From contig CAVZYT010000005.1 in assembly GCA_963779575.1 (NCBI GenBank), positions 12,636-76,635 of the forward strand: 64,000 nucleotides of DNA, in the 5' to 3' direction. This document shows positions 38,012 through 46,673 of the stretch, piece after piece (the stretch's first letter is position 1; each line of letters begins with the position of its first letter). The DNA comes from an uncultured Chloroflexia bacterium (GTDB lineage: Bacteria > Chloroflexota > Limnocylindria > Limnocylindrales > CSP1-4). The notes below the pieces were generated by a model. The model was given only the letters and a program-made list of their open reading frames with translations, was not told where the DNA came from and did not search any database. A program made the translations under genes and the position numbers.

Positions 38012-38820
38012 ATGAGCAGGAGACAAGCCGGTAGCAATCGAGGACTCGTCGGGCTCATCGCAGCAGTGTTCGCCGTGTCCGCGTGCGCCGGATCGGGGAC
38101 GTCCGGGTCCCAGGTCGTCGCCCAGTCCCCAACCCCTACCGCAACCTCCGGTCACCCGACGAGCTCGAGTCTGCCGAGCTCGAGTCTGCCGACCGCGAGC
38201 TGCGCGGCCGATACCCCTCCGAGCTTCGTCCGTACCGCGTCCAACCCAAACGACGGGCTGGTGGATCGCCGGACGGGTCCCGGCTCGTCTTCGGCGTGAG
38301 CGGCAAGCTCTGGCGGATGGACGCGGACGGCTCCAACCTCGAGCCCCTGGGCGTCTCCGTGTTCGACGCCGAGCCACGTTTCAGTCCCGACGGAGCCTCG
38401 ATCGTCTTCCTCCGTGGCGACTTCGCCAAGGGCATTTCGGAGCCGTGGATGCGAGACCTCGCGACCGGGGCGGAGCGGTCACTGATCGCCGACAACCATC
38501 GCGAGCTCGAGCAAGCAGACTGGAGTCCCGACGGGCGGTGGATCATCTACAACACGCTTACGGATGCCACTGGTGCCCACGTCGAACAGATCGAGCGCAT
38601 GCCTGTCGTCGATTCCAAGGCGATCCCGGCGGTGGTGTACGCCCGCGCCGATGACTTCGCATTCAAGCCGGCCTATTCGCCTGACGGTGCGTCCATCCTC
38701 TTCGGCTGCCATGAGAGCGTGTGCCTCATGAACGCCGACGGTTCGAACGTTTCGGTCTTGGTCTCAGTTCCCGATGCCCACCTGAACCACTTCGCCTGGG
38801 GCGTGTCGATAGCGCACTGA
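38012..38820 (+). pseudogene. TolB-like PD40-repeat lipoprotein with a frameshift near 38258
   Basis: The lipoprotein signal (GLIAAVFAVSAC) and Ser/Thr/Pro linker are in one frame. The PD40 repeats (..SPDGSRLVF..FSPDGASIVF..WSPDGRWIIY..YSPDGASILF) are in the next frame. Confidence 0.7.
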
Positions 38821-39036
38821 TGCTCCCTGACCGACCTGCCAGACCGACGCGTCGCCGAGGCCGACGAGGCGGGCGCTGACCTGCCACAGGCGGGCGGCGG
38901 CAGCGATGTCGTATGAGGCCTTGTTCGCGGTCCGTGGCCTGCCGTTGGCGAAGTACGTACCCGTGACGCCATCCACCTCCGACGACGACGCCAGGTAGAT
39001 CGACGTCGCGGCGCCCTGCATTCGCCGCCGCGTCAC
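38764..39036 (-). pseudogene. C-terminal fragment of an SDR (retinol-dehydrogenase-like); N-terminal two-thirds missing
   Basis: ..MQGAATSIYLASSSEVDGVTGTYFANGRPRTANKASYDIAAAARLWQVSARLVGL matches SDR C-termini, including the paralog at 42549-43469. The gene is cut off next to the att copy at 39091. Confidence 0.6.
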
Positions 39037-39090
39037 TGGAAGGGGGCGGTTGATGACCGGAAGGTGACTCCCTTCTGCCAGGGGCTGTTA

Positions 39091-39165
39091 TGGCGCGCCC
39101 GACAGGTGTTGGGCGCGCGTTAGCAACCTACGAGATCCCGATCGAGGGCCGGGACGAGTGGCTGG
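39091..39165. repeat. tRNA-Arg 16-mer copy plus the ~55-bp conserved arm (attP-like junction)
   Basis: The core is exact. The left flank ctgccaggggctgtta matches the recombinase 3-prime end (ctgccagaggctgtta at 51476-51492). The arm is 44/55 identical to 42277-42331. GCGCGCCC/GGGCGCGC can form an 8-bp hairpin. Confidence 0.7.
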
Positions 39166-39322
39166 CTGAGACCTCGACGTCCCCATCCGCGTACCGGCCG
39201 AGGTCGATCGTCCACAGCTCGGCGCCGTTGGATGCGCCTGCCGCCGCGTTCCAGACACCGGTCGTCCCGGTCGCCTCGCACGTCGCCGACGCGTCCGGAT
39301 CATCGGGATCGGCCGGTGGCAC
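39155..39322 (-). pseudogene. ~56-codon fragment homologous to an internal segment of the neighbouring M1 peptidase
   Basis: ..[51 protein letters not shown] here, versus ..DPSDDLDPVCDPHGTTGEWHAATGASKGPERWNVDLSAYRGRSVEVSLTY in 39735-41939. Confidence 0.5.
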
Positions 39323-39341
39323 GATCGAGTACGCCTGCCTC

Positions 39342-39659
39342 GAGGCGCCGATCGTCCAGGTCGCTGACGCGATCTGCGCGTCACGGCGGGGCGCCCGCGG
39401 CGAGTCCACGGACACGTACGTCAAGCGTCTCGAGGACCTGCAGGCAGTCGCCGAGAGCTTCGGCGGCGTCGAGCGCTCGTTCGCGGTCCAGGCTGGTCGC
39501 GAGGTGCGCATCCTCGTCCGACCCAGGGAGATCGACGATCTGACGGCGACGCGCCTGGCGCGCGACATCGTCAAGAAGATCGAGGGGCAGCTGACCTACC
39601 CGGGCCAGATCAAGGTCACGGTCATCCGCGAGACCCGGGCCGTGGAGTACGCGAAGTAG
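39342..39659 (+). pseudogene. rny: 3-prime fragment (~105 codons) of a ribonuclease Y gene
   Basis: ..[105 protein letters not shown] matches the highly conserved RNase Y C-terminus. The KH and HD domains are absent. Confidence 0.7.
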
Positions 39660-39734
39660 CGCGAGCGGCGCCGAATATCGTCGGCGCCGCTGTTCCGAAG
39701 CATCATGACCACCAACCCCTGGACCACCCACCTG

Positions 39735-41939
39735 TCACCGCAACGTGCGGTCACGAAGGCCTAGTCCCGCCCGGTGTCCGGCTCCGGGGGGCGGTGCACC
39801 GGCCGCGCTGCGGGCCGCTGGGTCGGCCCGTGCTGCGGACGGAGCCGCCTTATGCGCGGCCGCGATCACGTCGGCCGGATACCCCGCCGTGTAGAGCCAG
39901 GCGTCGAAGAAGGCGTTCAGATCCTGGTGCGAGATCTGCTCAGCAAGCGCGATGAACTCCGGCGTCGTCACGGCCTGGCCGGCCTTGGTGCGGGTCCACG
40001 TCTTCAGGATCCGGAAGAACGCCGCGTCACCGACGCGCATCCGCAGGGCGTGGAGCGTGAGGGCTCCCCGGTCGTACACCTGGCCGTCGAACAGGTCGGC
40101 GGTTCCCGGGTCGCCGATCCTGAGTTGCCACCAGTCGTCGTCGGGCGCGATGTTCGACGTCAGGTCGTCGAAGTACTCCTGCGGCGTCGCCCCTCCCTCG
40201 TGCTCGGACCACAGCCACTCGGCGTAGACCGCGAACCCCTCGTTGAGCCAGAGGTCCTGCCAGCGCGCCAGGCGCACACTGTTCCCGAACCACTGGTGCG
40301 CCATTTCGTGGATGACCGCGTCGGCTGCGATCGCCGGATCCTTGAAGTAGACCCGGGCGTACACCGGACGCGTCTGCGTTTCGATCGCGAATGCCACCTC
40401 GCCGTCGTCGACGATCCCTCCCGCCGTCTTGAACGGATAGGGCCCGAACTCGTCCGACAGGAACTTGATGATCTCGGGTTCTCGGGCAAACGTCTGAGCG
40501 GCGACCGTGCCCACCGACTCCGGGAGGGCATCCTGCCCAACCGTCGTCCAGTCGTTCGCGTTGCCGGGGCTGCCGACTGGTGGACCTGACACCGTCCATC
40601 CGCCGAGTGGATCGCTGTCATCCTCGAACGACGTGGTGCCCTGGCCGGTCGAGACGGCGACATCGTCGATCGCCATGACGCCGTGGCTGTACGCGTCGCT
40701 CATGTACGTCAGGGAAACCTCCACCGATCGACCGCGGTAGGCACTCAGATCGACGTTCCACCGCTCAGGGCCTTTGCTCGCGCCGGTGGCGGCATGCCAC
40801 TCGCCGGTCGTCCCGTGCGGGTCGCACACCGGGTCGAGGTCGTCGGACGGGTCGTCACGGAACGTCTCGTAGTGGGCGAGGAACGGGTGCAGGTTCGTGA
40901 AGGGGTTCTCCCAGACGCAGAAGAGGCCGGGGTCGTCCGACGTGACCTCGTGGCCGGTGTCGTCGTACGCCGGCAGCGTCGTCCAGTCGTCCACGCCGAC
41001 GGTGTGGACCTCGACGAAGAAGAAGTCCCAGCTGGATTCGATGTCGCGGCCGGTGTCGAAGGCCAGCGAGCCACCGCTCCCCGGCACGTCGATGACGTGG
41101 GAGAGGCGCTTGTACGCCGACCGGGCCGCGGCGCCGGAGTAGGCCGTTCTCGTGCCGTCCGTGATGGTGAAGGCCCTGATGAACAGGTCGGGGTCGATGG
41201 CATCGATGATCTTCAGACCCCGGGCATTCCGGGTGGAGATGTCGAACTCGCCGATCGCCACCGCCACCTGGTAGGACGCCATCGGATCGGTCGCGTTCCA
41301 GGACCAGGTGGTCCAGCCGCCCGACCTGGAGGTCTTCCCTGGGACGCCGTTGGCCACCGCCTGGAGCCCGGCGGGCACCGTGATCTCGAAGGAGTACGAC
41401 GCGGCGTCGGCGGGATGGTCGTTGACCGGGAACCAGGTGGCGGCCGAATGCGGCTGCCCGACCATCACCACCCCGTCCTCGCTCGGCACGACGCCGTACA
41501 TTCCCATGGCCAGGTCGACGAGGGGGGAGGTCACGCCCGAGTACCGCACCACCGTGGTGAACGACGAGGCGTTCCGGATCCCGACCGCCGGTGTGATGAT
41601 CAACTCCTGGCCCGACCTGGAGAACGCGGCGGTCTTCTTGTTGACCTTGATCGAACGCACGTCGAGACCGTACAGGTCCAGATCGAACGAGGACAGGTTC
41701 TGCGTCGCCACCGCGGTGATCGTCGCCACGCTGTCGATCGCCCCGGTCGCTGGGTCGAACTTGAACGCCAGGTCATAGTGGCGGACGTCGTAGCCGCCGT
41801 TCCCGTCGAGCGGGTAGTACGGGTCCCCGGCACCCGGTGCGCCGGGCGAGAAGCCGGGATGGCCGGCGGCGACCTGGGCCGGGATCAGGAGCACCAATGC
41901 GATCGCGGCTCCGCTCGCCAGCCTGGATAGTCTGGCCAT
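39735..41939 (-). CDS. Secreted M1-family zinc metallopeptidase (aminopeptidase N-like)
   Basis: I chose the start MARLSRLASGAAIALVLLIPAQVAAG after GGAGGGAGG. HEMAHQWFGN...WLNEGFA is the HExxH-X18-E signature. Confidence 0.85.
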   Translation of the reverse strand: MARLSRLASGAAIALVLLIPAQVAAGHPGFSPGAPGAGDPYYPLDGNGGYDVRHYDLAFKFDPATGAIDSVATITAVATQNLSSFDLDLYGLDVRSIKVNKKTAAFSRSGQELIITPAVGIRNASSFTTVVRYSGVTSPLVDLAMGMYGVVPSEDGVVMVGQPHSAATWFPVNDHPADAASYSFEITVPAGLQAVANGVPGKTSRSGGWTTWSWNATDPMASYQVAVAIGEFDISTRNARGLKIIDAIDPDLFIRAFTITDGTRTAYSGAAARSAYKRLSHVIDVPGSGGSLAFDTGRDIESSWDFFFVEVHTVGVDDWTTLPAYDDTGHEVTSDDPGLFCVWENPFTNLHPFLAHYETFRDDPSDDLDPVCDPHGTTGEWHAATGASKGPERWNVDLSAYRGRSVEVSLTYMSDAYSHGVMAIDDVAVSTGQGTTSFEDDSDPLGGWTVSGPPVGSPGNANDWTTVGQDALPESVGTVAAQTFAREPEIIKFLSDEFGPYPFKTAGGIVDDGEVAFAIETQTRPVYARVYFKDPAIAADAVIHEMAHQWFGNSVRLARWQDLWLNEGFAVYAEWLWSEHEGGATPQEYFDDLTSNIAPDDDWWQLRIGDPGTADLFDGQVYDRGALTLHALRMRVGDAAFFRILKTWTRTKAGQAVTTPEFIALAEQISHQDLNAFFDAWLYTAGYPADVIAAAHKAAPSAARADPAARSAAGAPPPGAGHRAGLGLRDRTLR

Positions 41940-42136
41940 GGATCGAACCTCCCTCCGGGCCGACGGCGTCGCCTCCGTGGAGGAGACTCTCCGCCGCGGG
42001 CGAGCCGCAGTCATCGGTCGAGTGACCGATGTGCCATCGCCAGATGGCCACGTGCCGTCGGTGCCGATGCGACCGCTGGCCTGGCTCCGCGGATTGTCGG
42101 CAACGGTGGGGGGCGGCGGACGTTCCTGCCGATCGG

Positions 42137-42358
42137 GCCGACCTGCTCCACGTCATCTACGACGGGATCACCGTCGTAGGGAGGAAGATCGTGTCCGTCA
42201 GGCTCACTCCGTCGGCGCACGCCTACGGATTCGCGCTCGTGCTACCCGAATTGGTTGCACTGGCGCGCCCGACAGGTGTGGGACGCGCGTTAACAGCCTA
42301 TCGGATGCCGATCGAGGGTCGCGATGAGTGGATCGCCTCGGCGAGGCGACTGGCGTGA
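42137..42358 (+). pseudogene. C-terminal ~73 codons of a recombinase paralog, spanning an att core
   Basis: ..[72 protein letters not shown] parallels ..[45 protein letters not shown].. of 50214-51557. Confidence 0.65.
42261..42335. repeat. tRNA-Arg 16-mer copy plus the conserved arm (attP-like junction)
   Basis: The core is exact. See 39091-39165. Confidence 0.7.
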
Positions 42359-42603
42359 GAGACCGCCGCCTTCGGGGCGAACTCCCGCAGCACGCGACAC
42401 AGCGCCAGCTAGACGTCCTAGCGGCCTACGTTGAATCCGGGGGATCGGTATCGAGGGCCGCTGCTCGCGCGGGCGTCCGACCGAGCACCGCGAAACGCCA
42501 CCTCGCCGATCTGCGTGCCCGGACCGGGTTGACGACCGAGCAGCTGATCTACGTCGGTCGCGCTGAGGGCTGGCTGGTGGTCGACGCACGTGAACCTGGG
42601 TGA
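42355..42603 (+). CDS. Small helix-turn-helix protein (LuxR/sigma-region-4-like)
   Basis: The GTG at 42355 overlaps the recombinase-remnant stop (GTGA). ..TQRQLDVLAAYVESGGSVSRAAARAGVRPSTAKRHLADLRARTGLT.. An alternative GTG lies at 42328. Confidence 0.6.
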   Translation: MRDRRLRGELPQHATQRQLDVLAAYVESGGSVSRAAARAGVRPSTAKRHLADLRARTGLTTEQLIYVGRAEGWLVVDAREPG

Positions 42604-43469
42604 TCGGATGGCCCCCGCGGCGTAGTCAGCTGCATCGACAAGGCCCAGAGTCGCTGAGCGGCCGCCATATCCTGCGCGACGGCAGCCGGTGCGGCCACGA
42701 CCGGTGAGCCGCGTAGGTGGCCGGATCCACCTGGCTGGACGAAGGAGCCGCCTGGGATGTCCTGGGTCGCCGCGAAGAGCGTCGACTTCGCGCCGTCCCG
42801 TGGATCCTGCATCACAAGCCGGCCCGCTATCCCCATCGCGAAGGCCACAACGCCTGTGGCATGTCCAAAGAGGTTGGTCCGCACCATCCCAGGGTGAACC
42901 GCCATGGCCCGGACACCCGACCCTGCCGCCGTGAGTCGACGCTGCAACTCGAGGACGAACAGCATGTTCGCGAGTTTGCTATCGCTGTATGCCTGAGCGG
43001 CACGGTACGCGCGGTGCTCCCAGTTCAGGTCGCCAAAGTCGAGGCGCCCACGTGCGTGAGCGTCCGAGGCGACCGTCACGACTCGGTCCGTGATCACTGG
43101 GAGGAGCAGATTGGTCAAGGCAAAGTGACCGAGATGATTCGTGCCTATATGGCGCTCGAAGCCATCGACGGTTCGGCCTTGAGGCACCATCAGGATCCCG
43201 GCGTTGTTGATGAGGATGTCGAGATCGCCCGACCAACCCTCTGCGAACGCCCGAACAGACGCCAGATCCTCGAGGTCGAGATGTCGCACCTCTGTCTGGC
43301 CCGCGAACGTGCGGGCCGTCCCCTCGCCCTTCTCGACGTCCCTGACTGCGAGGATGACCCTGGCCCCGGCGGCTGACAGGGCGCGCGCACTGGCCTGTCC
43401 GATCCCGCTCGAGGCTCCCGTCACCACGACCGTCCGTCCGGCCATGCTCGGGAGAACCTGGGTGGTCAC
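42549..43469 (-). CDS. SDR family oxidoreductase (retinol-dehydrogenase-like)
   Basis: VVVTGASSGIGQ, NNAG, and Y..SK (YSDSKLAN) motifs. Confidence 0.85.
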   Translation of the reverse strand: MTTQVLPSMAGRTVVVTGASSGIGQASARALSAAGARVILAVRDVEKGEGTARTFAGQTEVRHLDLEDLASVRAFAEGWSGDLDILINNAGILMVPQGRTVDGFERHIGTNHLGHFALTNLLLPVITDRVVTVASDAHARGRLDFGDLNWEHRAYRAAQAYSDSKLANMLFVLELQRRLTAAGSGVRAMAVHPGMVRTNLFGHATGVVAFAMGIAGRLVMQDPRDGAKSTLFAATQDIPGGSFVQPGGSGHLRGSPVVAAPAAVAQDMAAAQRLWALSMQLTTPRGPSDHPGSRASTTSQPSARPT

Positions 43470-43969
43470 CGGAGTGCTCCTAGCGATAGCGCGAGCGCCG
43501 AGAGGTAGAGGCCCACGCCGTAGCTGGCATGGGTTCCGAGGTTACGCAGGCGTGTCGCCCGAGGGTTCGGAGTCCGCGACCCCGCAATCCCTGCCCCCAT
43601 GGCGGGTTGCATCACGAACCACGGAGCGACGATGGTGCCCAGGCCGACGATCAAGGCTGGCCAGATCGTCGGCGAGTGCACCCACTCAATGCCCCAGATC
43701 GCGAGCAGCACGAAGGCAAACGCCACTCCGATCGCGTAGTGCGCCGCATAGCCGAGGATTCGCTCGCCGCGGACGGGCTGCGCAGACCCGATCCGGTCGT
43801 GGACGAAGCGCCCGCGCGGGAAGTGGGCGATCCACCTTCCGAGGAGCGCGTAGTCGAGGGTCGCGATCCCGTACCGGCGCCGGAGCGTAAACCCCCAGAC
43901 ATCCATGAGAGCCGCGCCGCTGATGCCGATGAGTACGCCGGCGACGACGAACTGAGCGACGCCCGTCAT
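43466..43969 (-). CDS. DUF2938-like membrane protein
   Basis: ..LDYALLGRWIAHFPRGRFVHDRI..VRGERILGYAAHYAIGVAFA.. matches my recollection of DUF2938. Not searched. Confidence 0.65.
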   Translation of the reverse strand: MTGVAQFVVAGVLIGISGAALMDVWGFTLRRRYGIATLDYALLGRWIAHFPRGRFVHDRIGSAQPVRGERILGYAAHYAIGVAFAFVLLAIWGIEWVHSPTIWPALIVGLGTIVAPWFVMQPAMGAGIAGSRTPNPRATRLRNLGTHASYGVGLYLSALALSLGALR

Positions 43970-44388
43970 GCCAGAGCCTCCGACAACCCTTCAGCAGGCT
44001 CCGACGTCCCGACGGACGCTCCGGGCGCGCCATCGGGTCCGGCCACCAGGAAGGCGACCATCGCGAAGAAGCCGAAGTTGAAGATCCCCAACAGGAGCAG
44101 GACCGCGAACCACGTCTTGCTCTGGAGCTGCCAGGTGTTCAGCAGGGCTCCGATCCACGCGATGAGGCCTGCGATCAGGCCGCCAGCGATCGCGATGCCG
44201 CCGACGATCCCCAGGGGAAGCATCGCCCACGCGAGCGGGCTGCCCTTGAGGCCGACGATGTCGGGGCCGTTCATGACGAATGCGCCGTTCGCGTTTGCGA
44301 TCGCCACGGCCACGATGGCCAGGATGGCGCCTGCGATGACGGCGAGCCCGCCGCCGATGAAGAGCCTGGTGACAGTTGCTTTGGACAT
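43966..44388 (-). CDS. Small membrane protein (about 4 TM)
   Basis: I chose the start MSKATVTRLFIGGGLAVIAG after AGGAGA. Hydrophobic segments are the only support. Confidence 0.55.
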   Translation of the reverse strand: MSKATVTRLFIGGGLAVIAGAILAIVAVAIANANGAFVMNGPDIVGLKGSPLAWAMLPLGIVGGIAIAGGLIAGLIAWIGALLNTWQLQSKTWFAVLLLLGIFNFGFFAMVAFLVAGPDGAPGASVGTSEPAEGLSEALA

Positions 44389-44477
44389 TGGATGTCTCCT
44401 TTCGAGGTTGACGAAGGACCTTGGTGGTCGGTCCCGGCGATATGGCCGGCGGTTGCGCGAAGCGCCCGTGTCGTTGA

Positions 44478-45251
44478 TCAGCTGGTCGCCGCGAGGGCGT
44501 CGGCGGCACGAACCGGTGCGACGGCATCTGCCAGATGGCGCTCCGAAGACCGGAACCCCTTGGCGATCAGCCAGACGCCGAAGGTGACTTCGAAGAGTCC
44601 ACCGGGGATCGACAGCAGCAGCGAGACATGGATCCCGAAGATCTCGGCGATCGCGCCCGTGAGGAGGACCGCGTAGCCCACGACGCCCCACAGCGCGAGC
44701 GTCCGAGGGACCAATCGTGTTCGGAACACGAACCAGGTCATGAACAGGGCCCCGAATGCCAAGGTTCCCTCGCCAAGCTGGTAGGCCAGCGTATTGGCCT
44801 GCATCAGGAGCGATCCGAGCCCAGTGGCCCCGCTGTCGGCGGCGCCGGTGACGAATTCGCTCAGCGGCACGAGCATCAGTAGGAACAGCACCCCGAGGTC
44901 CAGGAGGACGACCTGGGCGGTGATCGCGGCGAGGTAGACGAGCCCGCTGCGCTTGCCCCGGCGCTCAGCGATCGGGAAGAACAGCACGCCCTTCCCGATG
45001 TCGGTGGCGGTGTTGAGGAGCATGAGGAAGGCGCCGACCAGCAACGTGGTCGAGTGCGCGGAAAGTGTGGCCATGAAGTCAGGCGCGGTCGTGACGGAAC
45101 TCACCAGGCCGAAGCCGATTCCGTAGACCACGAACCCGGCGATGAAGAGCGCCCCGAAGATCCTCGAAAAGCGCTTACCGGGCCCCTGCGGGTCCTCGAT
45201 GGACTGGTTGGTCGAGCCGGCTGAGTCGCGGCCCTGAACGGTGGACGTCAT
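44478..45251 (-). CDS. Multi-pass membrane protein (possibly DUF4386-like)
   Basis: I chose the start MTSTVQGRD after AAGGAGA. About 6 hydrophobic segments. Confidence 0.6.
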   Translation of the reverse strand: MTSTVQGRDSAGSTNQSIEDPQGPGKRFSRIFGALFIAGFVVYGIGFGLVSSVTTAPDFMATLSAHSTTLLVGAFLMLLNTATDIGKGVLFFPIAERRGKRSGLVYLAAITAQVVLLDLGVLFLLMLVPLSEFVTGAADSGATGLGSLLMQANTLAYQLGEGTLAFGALFMTWFVFRTRLVPRTLALWGVVGYAVLLTGAIAEIFGIHVSLLLSIPGGLFEVTFGVWLIAKGFRSSERHLADAVAPVRAADALAATS

Positions 45252-45333
45252 GTCATCTCCTTGGTCGTTGTTGGGTGTGTGGTTCGGGCCTCCCGGCCGC
45301 GTTGGTTGGATGGCGCGTGGGCGTCCGCCGGCA

Positions 45334-46304
45334 TCACACGGTGATCGCGACCTTCCCCTGCGCATGGCCGGTGCCAACGTGGTCGATCGCCTGCGCTGCG
45401 CTGCTCAAGGGATAGGTCCGATCCAGGACGGGCGTGACCTTGCCAGCCTCGATCAGCTCCTTGAGGGCGACGAGGTCGTCGTGGTTCGTGGAGACGAGGA
45501 AGTTCGCGGCTCTCTGCGTGCCCGATCGGAACATGAGCTTTGCCCGGATGAGCCGGCCCGCGCTCGAGAACCATCGGTTGCCGAAGTTCCCGCCGTTCGG
45601 GATGAGCACGCCCGTGGCGGTCAGCGCGCGTCGGAGGCGGGAGAGCGAGTGGTTCGAGACGTTGTCGAGGATGAGGTCGTAGCGCTTCCCGCTCGCCGTG
45701 AAGTCCTCCTTGGTGTAGTCGATCACGTGGTCGGCCCCGACCGCGCGGACGAGCTCGAGGTTCCGCGTGCTCGCGACCGCCGGTGACCTCGGCGCCGAGC
45801 GCCTTGGCGATCTGGATCGGCGAATGTGCCGATGCCGCCTGACGCCCCGTTGATCAGGACCGTCTGTCCGGCACGGACCTTGCCGTGGTCGCGGATGGCC
45901 TGGAGGGCGACGAGGCCCGCCATCGGAACGGTGGCGGCCTGCTCGAAGGTCAGGTTGGCTGGCTTCAGGGCCAGCTCGTCCTCGGACGCGGCGGCGTACT
46001 CGGCGTAGGAGCCGTGCGACACGCCGAACACCTCGTCGCCGGGCTTGAAGCGCGTCACGTCCTGCCGACCGCAGCGACGTCCCCGGCGACATCCGTCCCG
46101 CGGACGGCGATCTTGGGCCTGCGCAGCCCGTGCACGGGGCGCGCGATGTACGGCAGCCCGCTCATCACCGCCCAGTCGGCCGAGGTTGACGCCGGCCGCG
46201 CGGACGCGGACGAGCACCTCGTTGTCCCCGATCACTGGCTTCTCGATCTCCCGGGCGTCGAGGACCTCGGCCGAGCCGTAGGTGTCCTGAACGATCGCCT
46301 GCAT
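45334..46304 (-). pseudogene. Zinc-type alcohol dehydrogenase / quinone oxidoreductase (MDR family) with about 4 frameshifts
   Basis: Pieces read MQAIVQDTYGSAEVLDAREIEKPVIGDNEVLVRVRAAGVN | DWAVMSGLPYIARPVHGLRRPKIAVRGTDVAGDVAAVG | QDVTRFKPGDEVFG...LINGASGGIGTFA | QIAKALGAEVTG | ASTRNLELVRAVGADHVIDY...GHAQGKVAITV. Frame switches lie near 46180, 46065, 45822 and 45785. Confidence 0.75.
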
Positions 46305-46369
46305 GGAACGCTCCTCTGTGTCGACTCGGTCTTCTCTGAGTCCTCTCCTGGCGTTATGTCGGATCGGCT

Positions 46370-46573
46370 CGAACGGGGATCGGACGATAGGCAGATCACC
46401 TCGTGGCCTCGCAACGCTTCGAGAAAGGGCTGGAAGCTGCCGCAGACAAGGCAGTGGATGGTGTGATCGTCGACCTCGACCTCCGAGACTCCGGACGCCC
46501 GCTCGATCTGGCGGGTCGGAGGGGTATCGACGAAGGTGACCTCGACTCGCCATGTGGCTCGGTTGTTGAACAT
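46370..46573 (-). pseudogene. Possible fragment of an ABC-transporter ATPase C-terminal domain
   Basis: ..WRVEVTFVDTPPTRQIERASGVSEVEVDDHTIHCLVCGSFQPFLEALRGHEVICLSS resembles the C-terminal regulatory domain of DrrA-type ATPases. No Walker motifs are present. Confidence 0.3.
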
Positions 46574-46673
46574 GCGAGGAGGATGGGATCGGGCGACGGG
46601 TCGTCCACGTCGACCGGATTGCGTATCCGATGCGTAGTCCCGGTCGAGACGCGCGGTGCTACCGTGCGGCGCG

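Noticed and set aside
38161-38190. Perfect 15-bp tandem duplication (GAGCTCGAGTCTGCC x2) encoding SSSLPSSSLP.
   Set aside because: It lies in the low-complexity linker of a lipoprotein. It is an ordinary slippage-type duplication with no further structure.
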